DNA of 64,000 nt from an uncultured Acidobacteriota bacterium (GTDB taxonomy: Bacteria; Acidobacteriota; Polarisedimenticolia; Polarisedimenticolales; DASRJG01), in contig CAYLHQ010000023.1 in NCBI GenBank assembly GCA_964383585.1, positions 2,707 to 66,706 on the forward strand. Direction: 5' to 3'. Numbering within the stretch: position 1 is the first letter of the stretch; each line of letters begins with the position of its first letter. The notes beneath the pieces were generated by a model. That model worked only from the letters and a program-made list of their open reading frames with translations. It did not search any database and was not told the origin of the DNA. Positions 8,580 to 18,471 of the stretch are shown here, one piece after another. A program made the translations under genes and the position numbers.

Positions 8580-9971
8580 TCAACGGGCGGCCCGGGCGGC
8601 TCGTTCCACCTGCTCGAGGTAGCGGGCCACGTCGTCCCGGGGTTTGATCTCCTGGGCGCGCTTGAGGAGCGGAACGGCCTCGCCGTAGCGGGCCTGGGAC
8701 ACGAGGAGCTGGGCGTGGCGGACCCGTGCGTCCGCCTCGAACCCCTCCAGGCTCTGCGCGCGCTCGTAGTAGAAGAGAGCCTTCTCGGCCTGCTCGACCC
8801 TCGCGTAGTGTTGCCCGAGGAGAAGGAGCGCCTCCCCGTCGAGCGGATCGAGCGCGACGATCTCCTCGAGGACGGCGGCGGCTTCGTCCCCCGCCCCCTC
8901 GGCGACCGCCACACGGGCTTCGAGCTTGAGGAGCTTCTTCCGGTCGGCCGGATCGATCCGGTCTCCGAGAACCTTCTTGACCTCCGCCATGAGGGCCGTC
9001 GCCTGTTCGAGCGCCCCTCGCTGCGCGAGGACCTCGACGTTGCGGAGCGGGCGCGCGGGGGCTTGTCCCGGGTCCTTCGCGAGGGCGAGGCCGTAGGCGC
9101 GGGCGGCGAGGTCCCACATCCCCTCGTTCACATAGATGTCCCCGAGCGTGTGGAGGGTTTGCACGGTCGCGCGGCCCATCCGTTCGACGATCTCGAAATT
9201 ATGAGCGGCCCGAAGGGGCTGGCCCAGTCCGAGGAAGGCGTTCGCCTGGAGGAGCCAGTAGTCTGCCCGGTCGGGCGACTTCGCGATCAACTCGTCGCAG
9301 AGGCTGACCGCCTCACCGTACCGCTGCTGCTTGAGAACCGACATCGTGAGGCCGAGCTTCCAGTCGATCGTCCCGGGGTCGAGGAGCATCGCGTTCCGAA
9401 ACGCCGATTCGGCGGCGAGGTGCTGCTCGAGCGACGAATAGGCGTACCCCAGCAGGCCGTAGACGGTCGAGTCCCCTCCGCCCAGCTCGATCACACGGCT
9501 CAGGGACTCGACCGCGGCGGCGTAGTCTCCCTGGCGGAACCGGATGATCCCGAGGTTCTTGTGCGCGCGGCGGAAGCTCGGGAACTTCTCGAGCGCGGTC
9601 CGGTAGCGGGCGGCGGCCGGGGCGAGCTCGCCGCGCTGAAAGTAGAGGTTGCCGATCGTGAAGTCGAAGACGGCGCTCGATTCGGGCGTCGTCGCCTCCT
9701 CGAGGGCGGCGAGCGCTGCGTCGGGTTCGGTCCCGAGCATCGGGAGGATCTTCTCCATCGTCTCGCGCTCGACGAGGGTCACCCGGGGCTCGATCTCGGC
9801 GTTCACCCCGTACGAGCCGAGGAATTCCTTGCGGAACTCCGGATCGTCCCAGAGTTCGAGCCCCGGAAGGGTCGGCTTCGGAATCACCTCTTCCCGGTCG
9901 CGCGCGGCGGCTCCCTGCGCCGCGACGATCGCGACCGCCAAGAGCGTCAGCTGGATCGGTTTCCGGACCAT
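8580..9971 (-). CDS. Secreted tetratricopeptide repeat protein (TtpD-like partner of a TonB system)
   Basis: Signal peptide and multiple TPR motifs (AHKNLGIIRFRQGDYAAA). Directly downstream of tonB. Confidence 0.85.
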   Translation of the reverse strand: MVRKPIQLTLLAVAIVAAQGAAARDREEVIPKPTLPGLELWDDPEFRKEFLGSYGVNAEIEPRVTLVERETMEKILPMLGTEPDAALAALEEATTPESSAVFDFTIGNLYFQRGELAPAAARYRTALEKFPSFRRAHKNLGIIRFRQGDYAAAVESLSRVIELGGGDSTVYGLLGYAYSSLEQHLAAESAFRNAMLLDPGTIDWKLGLTMSVLKQQRYGEAVSLCDELIAKSPDRADYWLLQANAFLGLGQPLRAAHNFEIVERMGRATVQTLHTLGDIYVNEGMWDLAARAYGLALAKDPGQAPARPLRNVEVLAQRGALEQATALMAEVKKVLGDRIDPADRKKLLKLEARVAVAEGAGDEAAAVLEEIVALDPLDGEALLLLGQHYARVEQAEKALFYYERAQSLEGFEADARVRHAQLLVSQARYGEAVPLLKRAQEIKPRDDVARYLEQVERAARAAR

Positions 9972-9996
9972 GGTCTTCGCTCCTCGACGACCGCGC

Positions 9997-10665
9997 TCAC
10001 GCGGCGTTGAAGGTGATCGGGACGCGCATGCGGAACTGGACCGGCTCGCCCTTTCGGGTGCCCGGCTCGAACTTCCACTGCTTGACCGCCTCGATCGCGG
10101 GACGCTCGAAGGCGGGGTCGGTCGACTGGTCGACCTTCGCGTCGGCGACGCGCCCCTGCCGGTCGACGGTGAAGAGGACGTAAACCGTTCCCTGGCGTTT
10201 CTGCTTTCGCAGTTCGGCGGGGTAGGTCGGCGGCCTCTGGAAGATCGGGCGCGGCTTCTGGTCGAGGTCGCTCAGGGAGAAAATCTCGTCGAGCCCCGCC
10301 CCCCCTCCCTCGACCAGTTGGTTGACGAGCTTGACGGTGAAATCGCCGAAAAGCCCTTCTCCGACCGTCGGTTCGAGCGCCATCTCGAGCTGGCTCAGGT
10401 CGAGCGGGGGAGCGCTCTCCGTCAGCTCGGGGGTGGACTCGGGCGCCTCCTCCTCCTCGACTTCCTCCTCCGGAGGGGGCGGAGGAGGAGGCGGGAGCTC
10501 GGCGACGTCGAGGTTTCGGATCTCGAGGTCCGCGTTCCTCTGGGCGCTGATCGTCTGGAGCACCGGCAGGACGAGGAAGAGGGAGAACGTGACCCCCGTC
10601 GCGAAGAGCGCCACGAGGACCCTTCCGAGGATCCGGCGGAGGAGGCTCTCCCTCTTGCGCTTCAT
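9997..10665 (-). CDS. tonB: Energy transducer TonB
   Basis: N-terminal TM helix, Pro/Glu-rich linker, C-terminal YPAE...QGTVYVLFTVDRQGRV...AVKQWKFEPG. Confidence 0.92.
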   Translation of the reverse strand: MKRKRESLLRRILGRVLVALFATGVTFSLFLVLPVLQTISAQRNADLEIRNLDVAELPPPPPPPPEEEVEEEEAPESTPELTESAPPLDLSQLEMALEPTVGEGLFGDFTVKLVNQLVEGGGAGLDEIFSLSDLDQKPRPIFQRPPTYPAELRKQKRQGTVYVLFTVDRQGRVADAKVDQSTDPAFERPAIEAVKQWKFEPGTRKGEPVQFRMRVPITFNAA

Positions 10666-10682
10666 CTCCGGACCGCTCCCTC

Positions 10683-11093
10683 CTACGACGCCTGGCGCCG
10701 GGAGGCGACGCTGACCTTCGTCGCTCCCGCGAGCTTGGCCTCGTCGACCACGCGGACGAAAAGCCCCGTCGGGACCAGCGCGTCCGCCTGGACGATCACG
10801 GGGACGTCCTCCTTCTGGAGCATCCGCTTGACGAGAGGGCGCACGCCCGAGATCCCGATGTCCCGGCCGCCGTACACCACGTTCCCGTCCGCGGTGATCG
10901 CGATCAGGATGCTCGTCTTCTCGAGACGGACCGCGGAGGCGGCCTGGGGCTTGTCGACCTCGACGCCGGTCTCCTCCACGAAGGTCGTCGTCACGATGAA
11001 GAAGATCAGGAGGATGAAGACGCAGTCGATGAGCGGGGAGATGTCGATCCCCCCGGTCTCTTCCTCCTCCGAGAACGAACGGAAGCGACCCAC
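10683..11093 (-). CDS. exbD: Biopolymer transport protein ExbD/TolR
   Basis: [21 protein letters not shown] motif. Confidence 0.93.
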   Translation of the reverse strand: MGRFRSFSEEEETGGIDISPLIDCVFILLIFFIVTTTFVEETGVEVDKPQAASAVRLEKTSILIAITADGNVVYGGRDIGISGVRPLVKRMLQKEDVPVIVQADALVPTGLFVRVVDEAKLAGATKVSVASRRQAS

Positions 11094-11096
11094 GGA

Positions 11097-11750
11097 TCAG
11101 CCCTCCAATGCCCTGGGATCCACGGGGAGATTGAGGTGCGCCCGGCGGCGGACCTCTCGACGGGAAGCGAAGAACTGCAGGCAAACCGATTCGAGGTGGG
11201 CGAGAAACGCCCGGTACCGGTCCCTCTCGCGGGTCAGGTGGTACTGGAGGAAGAGGCCCGGAAGGGCGATGACGAGGCCGGTCTCGGTCGTGATCAGCGC
11301 CTCCGAGATCCCGCCCGCCACGAGGTTCATCGTCTTGTCCCCGCCGGAACCTTCCGCGAGCGCTCGGAAGGTCGAGAGCATTCCCGTGACGGTCCCGAGG
11401 AGACCGAGGAGGGGAGCCGCCGCCACGCAGATCTTCATGAAGCGCAGGTCGCGCGCGAAGGGGGCGATCTCGGTCGCGTGGAGCTCCCCGAAACGGATCT
11501 CGAGGTCCTTGATGCGGTCGGCCTCCATCACGAACTCGATCACGTCTCCGACGGGCCCCTCCCGCTCTTCGGGACGCGCGATCCAGCGCCGCCAAACCGT
11601 TTCGGGGACCGAACGGAAGCCGCGCCCGCGCAACTTCCACCAGAGGTTCCCCCCGACGGCGAACAGGAGAAGGGACGTGGCCGCGAGCGGAAACATCGCC
11701 CACCCTCCGGCCCCCCACACCTCGATCGCCTGGGAAACGAGTCCGCTCAT
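11097..11750 (-). CDS. exbB: MotA/TolQ/ExbB proton channel protein
   Basis: AAPLLGLLGTVTGM and GISEALITTETGLVIALP. Confidence 0.92.
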   Translation of the reverse strand: MSGLVSQAIEVWGAGGWAMFPLAATSLLLFAVGGNLWWKLRGRGFRSVPETVWRRWIARPEEREGPVGDVIEFVMEADRIKDLEIRFGELHATEIAPFARDLRFMKICVAAAPLLGLLGTVTGMLSTFRALAEGSGGDKTMNLVAGGISEALITTETGLVIALPGLFLQYHLTRERDRYRAFLAHLESVCLQFFASRREVRRRAHLNLPVDPRALEG

Positions 11751-13189
11751 GCCGCGCCGACCTCCGTCCCCTCCCGAACCTCGGAGCTCGAGGGGAGGCG
11801 ATTGAGCAGGGCGACTGCGGTCTTCTCCATGCCGTCGATCACCGCGCGGGACTTGCGGGAGAGGTACGCGTAGATCAGGAGGGACGGGATCGCGACGATC
11901 AGACCGAACTCGGTCGTGATCAGCGCCTCCGAGATCCCCGAGGAGAGAGTCTTCGCGTCCCCCGAGCCGAAGACCGTGATCAACTTGAACGTGCTGATCA
12001 TCCCCGTGACGGTGCCGAGCAGCCCCAGGAGCGGCGCGGCCGACGCGGAGAGGGCGATGAAGGGGAGGAATCCCTGGAGTTGGAGGCGGGTTTCGAGCAT
12101 CCGCTCGAACATCACCTCTTCGATGTAATCCTTCGGCTCTCCGATCTTGTCGACCCCGGCGCGGATCATCTCGCCGACGGGCCCCTGCACCCGCTCCGCG
12201 ACCCGGGCTGCGGCGGAGCGATCTCCATTTCGAACCGCCTCGAGGAGGGAGTCGATCGTGGCCGTCGAGGGGATTCGAACGCGGACGAGCTGCACCCATT
12301 TGAGGAGCGCGACCACGAGGGCCGCTCCGGCCATGAGGAGGATCGGGATCATCACCGGCCCGCCCTTCGAGATGTGCTCGAAGAGGGTCTCCTTCGTCTC
12401 CTCGACCTTCCTCGCGTTCCCGAGCGAAGGATCGAAGGGAAGCGTTCCCCTCCCGGAGGCGAGGAGGCCCGAGACGCTCGCCGCGAGTTCGGGGACCTCG
12501 ACCGGCACCATGTTCGGCTCGAGGGAGCCGAGCCGCTGCTCCGCCGTCCCCGCGCTCGAGCCGTCCTCGGCCGCGTAGACCGTGACCGGGCCGAGCAGCC
12601 CGAACGTCACCGCGCGCACCTTTCCGTCGGGTCCGACCGCGTCGCCGGCGAAGGTCGTCCCACCGACGAGGTCGAGAAGGCGGTCGACCGAGAGTTCCAC
12701 GACGTCGGTTTGCATCCCGAACGACTCCGCCGGAGACAGCGCCGTGTTCTCCTGGGCGAGCCGTCCCCGCTCGAGGGCGTCGCGGTAACGCTGCAGCTCC
12801 GCAATGTCGATCCGCGTCTCGAAGTTCCGCACGTACTCCCCGATCAAGTTCGAGAGGTAGGCGACCTCGTCCTGCCGCGCCTTCACCTCGTTCTGGAGGG
12901 TCGCGAAGTCGAGGTTCCGCGTGTCGACCGTCCGCCCGATCGACTCCTGTTCCGCGCGGAGCCGGGCGAGTTCCGCCTCGAGGTCGGCGACCTTCTTCGC
13001 CATCGGGATCTTCTCGGCGGCGATCCGCTCCCTCAGGGCCGCGAGTTCACGCAGGCTCGACTCGAGGTCTTTCTGGGCGGAACTCGCCGCGGCGTCGAAG
13101 GACTCCTGGGCGCGGGCCGCCCCGCCGAGGAGCAGGGCGGCCGCCAGGGCCGGCAGGGCGATGCGCCGGAACATCCGCGCGCTCCTCAT
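11747..13189 (-). CDS. Long ExbB-family protein with periplasmic coiled-coil N-terminus (TtpC-like)
   Basis: Signal peptide, coiled coil, C-terminal APLLGLLGTVTGMI and GISEALITTEFGL. Confidence 0.88.
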   Translation of the reverse strand: MRSARMFRRIALPALAAALLLGGAARAQESFDAAASSAQKDLESSLRELAALRERIAAEKIPMAKKVADLEAELARLRAEQESIGRTVDTRNLDFATLQNEVKARQDEVAYLSNLIGEYVRNFETRIDIAELQRYRDALERGRLAQENTALSPAESFGMQTDVVELSVDRLLDLVGGTTFAGDAVGPDGKVRAVTFGLLGPVTVYAAEDGSSAGTAEQRLGSLEPNMVPVEVPELAASVSGLLASGRGTLPFDPSLGNARKVEETKETLFEHISKGGPVMIPILLMAGAALVVALLKWVQLVRVRIPSTATIDSLLEAVRNGDRSAAARVAERVQGPVGEMIRAGVDKIGEPKDYIEEVMFERMLETRLQLQGFLPFIALSASAAPLLGLLGTVTGMISTFKLITVFGSGDAKTLSSGISEALITTEFGLIVAIPSLLIYAYLSRKSRAVIDGMEKTAVALLNRLPSSSEVREGTEVGAA

Positions 13190-13965
13190 CGGAGGGTCAC
13201 CGGCAGCGGCACGTACGCCGGGACGCTTTCGTTTTGGAGGATCGAGATCGCCTGCCGTACCGCCGGGGCGAGTTCGTTCGACTGGGTCCATTCCCAGCCC
13301 TCGTCGGACGGGACGCCGACCCCCGCCGCGGAGCCGTCGGCGGTCACGTAATACCCCTGGCCGAGCCCGAGGTAGAGCGCCTGGACCTCGACGCGCGCTC
13401 CGTCCGAGAGGGTGCGGATCTCGCTCGCGACCGTCACGTCGCGTTGGAACTTGTTCACCTCGTTCAACACGCCGATGACGTTCTGGTAGCGCTCCCCCAG
13501 AGAGAGAGCGGTCGCCGCGCCGCGCCCGGGGAGACGTTGGCTCAAGGGAGCCACCCGCGCGCGGAGGGGCTCTGGCGATCGGGAGAGGAGCGTTCGGACC
13601 TTGCCCTCGAGGCGTTCCACCCTCTCGGCGAGCACGGCCGTCGCCGCTCGGAGGGACTCTCCCTCCCTCACCAGATCGTAACGGCGCCGGTCGGCCTCGC
13701 CGAGGGTGTTCCGGGACTCCGCCACCTTCGCTTCGAGCGAGCGGATCTCGCTCTCGAGGAGCTCGATCCTTCGCTCGAGGATCTCCTTGCCGTCCTGCCA
13801 GTCCTTCTTTTCGCGCGCCAGGATTTGCTGGGTCTCGACCCACTTGGCGACGGTGTCCCGCGCCGACTGGAGATTCGGCTGCGCCGGCTCCTGGGCGATG
13901 GAGGCCGTCGCCCCGGCGAGCAGCAGCGCCCCGATCCACGCGTGGAAGCGTCCGATCGTTTTCAT
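13186..13965 (-). CDS. DUF3450-family periplasmic coiled-coil protein (TtpB-like)
   Basis: Signal peptide, coiled coil, VQALYLGLGQGYYVTADG motif, position just before the long ExbB. ATG 13965 has a GGAG SD. Confidence 0.78.
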   Translation of the reverse strand: MKTIGRFHAWIGALLLAGATASIAQEPAQPNLQSARDTVAKWVETQQILAREKKDWQDGKEILERRIELLESEIRSLEAKVAESRNTLGEADRRRYDLVREGESLRAATAVLAERVERLEGKVRTLLSRSPEPLRARVAPLSQRLPGRGAATALSLGERYQNVIGVLNEVNKFQRDVTVASEIRTLSDGARVEVQALYLGLGQGYYVTADGSAAGVGVPSDEGWEWTQSNELAPAVRQAISILQNESVPAYVPLPVTLR

Positions 13966-13994
13966 GCCATTCACTCCCGTGCTCCCTGAGATCG

Positions 13995-14022
13995 TTTCAC
14001 GACGAGGTTTCGGTCCTGTTAC
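13995..14022 (-). promoter_or_regulatory. Conserved tripartite operator (Pho-box-like), copy 1
   Basis: Plus strand TTTCAC-N5-GGTTTC-N5-TGTTAC, same hexamers and spacing as 18345-18372. Confidence 0.6.
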
Positions 14023-14043
14023 AAGGAGATGAATTTCTCGGGC

Positions 14044-17000
14044 TCACCACGCGTAGGAGACCGACAGCGAGATCAGGACCGGCGTTTCCCGCCGGGTCTT
14101 GAGGCGCTCCTCGCCGGTCGGGAGGCGGTAGACCGAATCCCGATCCGGGCTCAGGAGGTTCCTCCCGCGGAGGGTCACGGTCGCGCCGTCGATCTTCTGG
14201 CTGACGGAGACGTCGAAGACGGCGTGGGCGACGTCGAAGACGTTCGGGATCCCGCCGTCCTGGCCGACCGAAGCCCCCGTCAGGAGCGTGTCCCCGGTCC
14301 GGTTGTAGAACAGGCCGGCGGAGGTTCCCGTCCGATCGTTGTCGTAGGTGATGTTGAAATTAAAGACGTCGGCCGGCTGTCCCTGGAGGCGCCGCGTGTC
14401 GCTCCCGAGACCGAAGACCGCCAGGTTCTGGCGTTCTTCGGCCGGGATGTCCACCTCGGAGTCGATCCGGCTGTAGTTCCCCCCCACCACGATCCCCCGG
14501 AGCCAGGACACCCACCGCCCGAGGCTCGCTCGCGCTTCCAATTCGATCCCCTTCGCCCGGCCCGTCTCGTAGTTCACCGGCTGGATGTAGGTCGCCCCGG
14601 CGGCGACGAAGCTGATCAGCTCGATCGGGTCGGTGATGTCTTTCTCGAAGAGGCTCGCCGCGAGGACGTCCCCCTCGTCCCGAAACCACTCCCAGCGGAC
14701 GTCCCAGTTCTCGACCCCCGACAGGCGCAGGTCCGGGTTCCCGAGGAAGGAGTCGCCCGCGAGGAACTCTTCCGTGCCGACCGGCGCCAATTCGCGGTAC
14801 GTCGGGCGGGCGAGGGTCCTACTCCACGACGCGCGGAGGTTCATGCGCGGCACCACCTCCCACACCACGCCGAGCGACGGGAGCCAGGAGGCATCGGAGA
14901 CGTCGGCGACCGCCTCTTCCTGCGGCACGTTCGGGTCGACCACGTAAGTCCCGTTCTCGTTCCGGAACGCGACGGACACGCGGCCGAACGCCTCGTTGAT
15001 CGGGACGATCGAAATGTCGGTGCCCTCCCAGCGCGCCCCGCCGACCAGACGGACCTTCGAGGAAAGGGGGAGGTCGCCCATCGCGTAGGCCGCCCGGATC
15101 GTCTGGTCGCCGTCGTAGATCACGTCCTCGGCGAGACGGTTCGCGTACCAGAGCAACTGGCTCGGCTGGGCGCAGGTGCGGTTCTGGAACGCCGTCGTCG
15201 GGGGCTCGCAGCGATTCTCCGAAAGCCCGATGCGTTCCGGCGCCAGGAAAAAGTCGGTCCAGAGCGCGTCGGGCCCCGAGAGAACCGCGCTCCCGTACGT
15301 GTTGTTGATCGACGCCTGCTCGTTCGACGCCGGCTGGCTGAACTGGAACGCGTAGAAGAACGAGTTCTGGTCGTACTCGCGGGTGGATCCTTCGTGGTAA
15401 AGGCCGGCCTTGAGACGACCCTCCGAGTCGCTCCACTGCGTGAAGGGAAGCACGAGATTCAGGGACGCCTGCTCGCTCCGCTCGTGGATGTCGCGGAAGA
15501 TGCGGCGCGTCTTGAGCGTGTCCGGTATCGCCCCGATCTCGAAGAAGGCGGTGTTCGTCGTCGGGTCGAACACGTTCCGGAAGAAGCGGACGTCCGGCTC
15601 GTACTGGCGCGTGAGGTTTCCGGCGGCGAACCAGTCGACCTCGAGCCCGGAAAACCCTCGCGCGCCCGAGGACCCGAGAAGGTCCGGCCAACGATGGCCC
15701 CCGTGCACCTGAAGCGACGCGAGGCTGCGCTGGGTGTACTTGAGGCTCTGATTCTGGAGAGTGGTGCCGCGGTCTTCGGTCTGAAATCTCGCCTCGTCCT
15801 CGGCGCTCTGGTTCCCGACGAACCGGACGGAGTAGTGGTGGTCGTCCCCCACCTCCCAGTCGAGCGTGCCGAGCGCCCCGATGAGAAGCTCCTCGGTGCC
15901 CCGGCTGTCCTCGCGAGCCGTTCGCGTGAATTGAGGCGTGTTCGTCTCGGGGTCGACCTGCACGTCGACGCGGTCGTTCACGGCCCCTTCGTAGAAGTCG
16001 TACTTCCTGGAATACGTGAGGGCGGCGAGAGCGCCGAAGAGGCCGCTCGTCGTGTCCCACCGGTCTCCCCAAACCCCCGACAGCCCGAAGCCCGCCCCGG
16101 GTGCATCCCGGGACGTTCCGATCACCGGAGTGAACGATCGCGTGAAGGCGTCGTACTGCTCCGCGATCGCGATCCTGCGCGCGAGTTCCTCCGACGTGAT
16201 TCGCGTCCCCCCGGGTCTGTTGTCGTCGATCCGGCTGTAGTTCACCGGGGCGGGTGTGTCGGTCGGCGGGGCCTTCGCCGCGTCGGGGAGTGCGCGATCG
16301 CCGTTGTCGAAGCCGCTCCAGGAGACCCCGCCCCCACGGTAGGTCAGGAAGGCGTCTTCCCCTGTCGCGAGGTTCGAGTACTCCCCCGAGACCGAGATCT
16401 TCGCGATCCGTTCCTCGGGGATGGTCTTGGTCACGATGTCGACGCCGCCTCCGGAGAAGTCTCCTTGGAGGTCGGGCGTGAAGGTCTTCGTCACCGTGAC
16501 GCTCTCGATCGTTCCGGTCGGGAAGAGATCCATCTGGACCGCGCGCTTCCTGGGGTCGGCGCTCGGGACGCGAACGCCGTTGAGCGTCGTCCCGGTGTAG
16601 CGGTCCGAAAGCCCGCGCACGGTCGCGTACTTTCCGTCGGCGACCGAGGCTCCGACGACGAGCCGGAGGGCTCCCGCGGCGTCGCCCACTCCCGCCTTGC
16701 TGATCAGCTCCGCCGAAACCGCGTCCTGCACGGTGACCGCGTCGGCACGCACCTCGAGAAGAGCGATCTCGGTCCCTTCGAGCAGGTCGGTGCCGGTCAC
16801 GACCATCTCCTCGAGCTCCACCACCTCGAGGCTCAATTCGGCACGAATCTCGGAGAGCTTCCCCGGCGTGACGACGACTCCGGTACGCGTCGCCCTCCCG
16901 TACCCGTCCTTGGCGAAGACGACCGTGTACGTCCCGGCGGGAAGGCGGTCGAAGACGAACGACCCGTCGGGTCCGGTCGTCCGGTTCTGCGCGGCCTCGA

Positions 17001-17154
17001 CGACGGTCACGCGTGCGTCGGCGAGCGGGACGCCGTAATCGAGGTCGACCACCACCCCGCGCAGCGCGCCGACCGCCCCCTCCTGGGAAAACGTCGGCCC
17101 GACGAAGGAGAGCGAGAAGGCGAGCGTGACGACCGGCCAGAGACGACGTGTCAC
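14044..17154 (-). CDS. TonB-dependent receptor with N-terminal carboxypeptidase-regulatory-like domain
   Basis: Signal peptide, GALRGVVVD...LADARV domain, plug (VRGLSDRYTGTTLNG, FTPDLQGDFSGGGVDI), beta-barrel, terminal ISLSVSYAW. GTG overlaps the upstream TGA. Confidence 0.93.
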   Translation of the reverse strand: MTRRLWPVVTLAFSLSFVGPTFSQEGAVGALRGVVVDLDYGVPLADARVTVVEAAQNRTTGPDGSFVFDRLPAGTYTVVFAKDGYGRATRTGVVVTPGKLSEIRAELSLEVVELEEMVVTGTDLLEGTEIALLEVRADAVTVQDAVSAELISKAGVGDAAGALRLVVGASVADGKYATVRGLSDRYTGTTLNGVRVPSADPRKRAVQMDLFPTGTIESVTVTKTFTPDLQGDFSGGGVDIVTKTIPEERIAKISVSGEYSNLATGEDAFLTYRGGGVSWSGFDNGDRALPDAAKAPPTDTPAPVNYSRIDDNRPGGTRITSEELARRIAIAEQYDAFTRSFTPVIGTSRDAPGAGFGLSGVWGDRWDTTSGLFGALAALTYSRKYDFYEGAVNDRVDVQVDPETNTPQFTRTAREDSRGTEELLIGALGTLDWEVGDDHHYSVRFVGNQSAEDEARFQTEDRGTTLQNQSLKYTQRSLASLQVHGGHRWPDLLGSSGARGFSGLEVDWFAAGNLTRQYEPDVRFFRNVFDPTTNTAFFEIGAIPDTLKTRRIFRDIHERSEQASLNLVLPFTQWSDSEGRLKAGLYHEGSTREYDQNSFFYAFQFSQPASNEQASINNTYGSAVLSGPDALWTDFFLAPERIGLSENRCEPPTTAFQNRTCAQPSQLLWYANRLAEDVIYDGDQTIRAAYAMGDLPLSSKVRLVGGARWEGTDISIVPINEAFGRVSVAFRNENGTYVVDPNVPQEEAVADVSDASWLPSLGVVWEVVPRMNLRASWSRTLARPTYRELAPVGTEEFLAGDSFLGNPDLRLSGVENWDVRWEWFRDEGDVLAASLFEKDITDPIELISFVAAGATYIQPVNYETGRAKGIELEARASLGRWVSWLRGIVVGGNYSRIDSEVDIPAEERQNLAVFGLGSDTRRLQGQPADVFNFNITYDNDRTGTSAGLFYNRTGDTLLTGASVGQDGGIPNVFDVAHAVFDVSVSQKIDGATVTLRGRNLLSPDRDSVYRLPTGEERLKTRRETPVLISLSVSYAW

Positions 17155-18311
17155 CACGGGTCCCCGAGTCCGTCGCGGAGCCGTTCGAGCCGGGACTCCC
17201 GATCCTGGGTCAGATCGAGGTCGAAGCGGGCCATCGCCCGGCAGATCTCGACGACGGCCAGGGCGCGCGGGCGGGCGTTTTCGAGGGCCGTGGCCCGCGT
17301 CAGAGCTTCGTCGAGCAGCCGCCCGGCCCGGGTATCGTCCCCCGCGGCTTTCCAAGCCCCGGCCAGGTTGGCGAGGACCGCCGGCTGTTCGATCACCGGA
17401 ACCCGGTCGACGGACGGATCCGCGGTCGCCAACAGGCGTCGGGCTCGGGCGGGGTCCCCCTGGGCGGCCCATCCGCGCGCGACCTCCGCGACGAGGGGCC
17501 CCTTGAGCGGTTCGCGATCGGAGATCTTGGTCGCGATCGTCTCCGCCTCTTCGAGGCACGCCCGAGCATCCCGCTTGCGGCCCGCCTTGCGATACTCGGC
17601 GGCGAGAACCGGAAGGTTCTCGGCGCGCTGCCAAGGGGCCAGCTCGGAGGCCGCGGCACGCCCGCCGTCGAGGAGCCTCCTTCGGTCCTTCTTCGAAAGT
17701 GTCCCGACGCGAGAGGCTTCGACATGACCGTGGAATTTCCACCAGGCCGACTCCGGGTCGAACTCGGCGTCGACACCCGCGAGGACCGCGAGGGCGTCGT
17801 CGACGCGTCCGTGGCGAGCGAGGGTGACCGCCGCCGCCGCCCCGGCCTTCCCGGAGTATTGCTTGTCGGACGCGGCCAGCTCGGCGGCGGCCTCCTGCGA
17901 GACCTCGGGATCCCCGAGGAGCGCGCGCGCCCAGAGGATGTGCGACTGGACCCGGAGCCCCTGCCATCCTTCCGCCCGGGAGCGCACCCCCTCCGCCTGC
18001 GCAAGGAGGACGCGAGCGTCGTCGGGACGGCCGCGCCGGGCCATCTCCGCGGCCACCTCGGCGTAGGCGACGCCCTGCCGCCAGCCCTCGACACGCCCCG
18101 CCTCGACGGCGGCCCCGTCCGGGTCCCCCGCCGTCGCCCGCTCGAGCACCACCGCCTCTTGGGCGCGGGCGCGGTCCTTCTCGTCGGACTCGATCGCGGA
18201 GGCGAACGCGAAACCCCAGTCGAGGGCCGAGCGCGGCCGGTCTGGCGGAACGGCCGCGGCGGCGGCGGTCAAGCAGAGCGCGACGGCGGCTGGAAACGAA
18301 CGACGACGCAT
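17151..18311 (-). CDS. Secreted alpha-helical repeat (TPR-like) hypothetical protein
   Basis: Signal-like MRRRSFPAAVALCLTAAAAA and Ala-rich helical repeats. Stop overlaps the receptor start. Confidence 0.7.
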   Translation of the reverse strand: MRRRSFPAAVALCLTAAAAAVPPDRPRSALDWGFAFASAIESDEKDRARAQEAVVLERATAGDPDGAAVEAGRVEGWRQGVAYAEVAAEMARRGRPDDARVLLAQAEGVRSRAEGWQGLRVQSHILWARALLGDPEVSQEAAAELAASDKQYSGKAGAAAAVTLARHGRVDDALAVLAGVDAEFDPESAWWKFHGHVEASRVGTLSKKDRRRLLDGGRAAASELAPWQRAENLPVLAAEYRKAGRKRDARACLEEAETIATKISDREPLKGPLVAEVARGWAAQGDPARARRLLATADPSVDRVPVIEQPAVLANLAGAWKAAGDDTRAGRLLDEALTRATALENARPRALAVVEICRAMARFDLDLTQDRESRLERLRDGLGDPW

Positions 18312-18344
18312 GGTGGGCTCCGTGACGAACATGGCGACGGATAC

Positions 18345-18372
18345 TTTCACGGTCGGGTTTCGAGACTGTTAC
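18345..18372 (-). promoter_or_regulatory. Conserved tripartite operator (Pho-box-like), copy 2
   Basis: TTTCAC-N5-GGTTTC-N5-TGTTAC, 34 bp upstream of ATG 18311. Confidence 0.6.
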
Positions 18373-18405
18373 GAATTCTTGAAATCGATCGAACGCGCTC
18401 GCTCG

Positions 18406-18445
18406 AAAAAAAGGGCGGCGGAGGCCGACCGTGCCTCCGCCGCCC
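18406..18445 (-). terminator. Rho-independent terminator after the large secreted protein
   Basis: 13-bp perfect stem gggcggcggaggc/gcctccgccgccc with a 7-nt loop, followed by a T tract on the minus strand. Confidence 0.85.
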
Positions 18446-18471
18446 CGAGGAGCGATCGTTCGAACCGCGGA

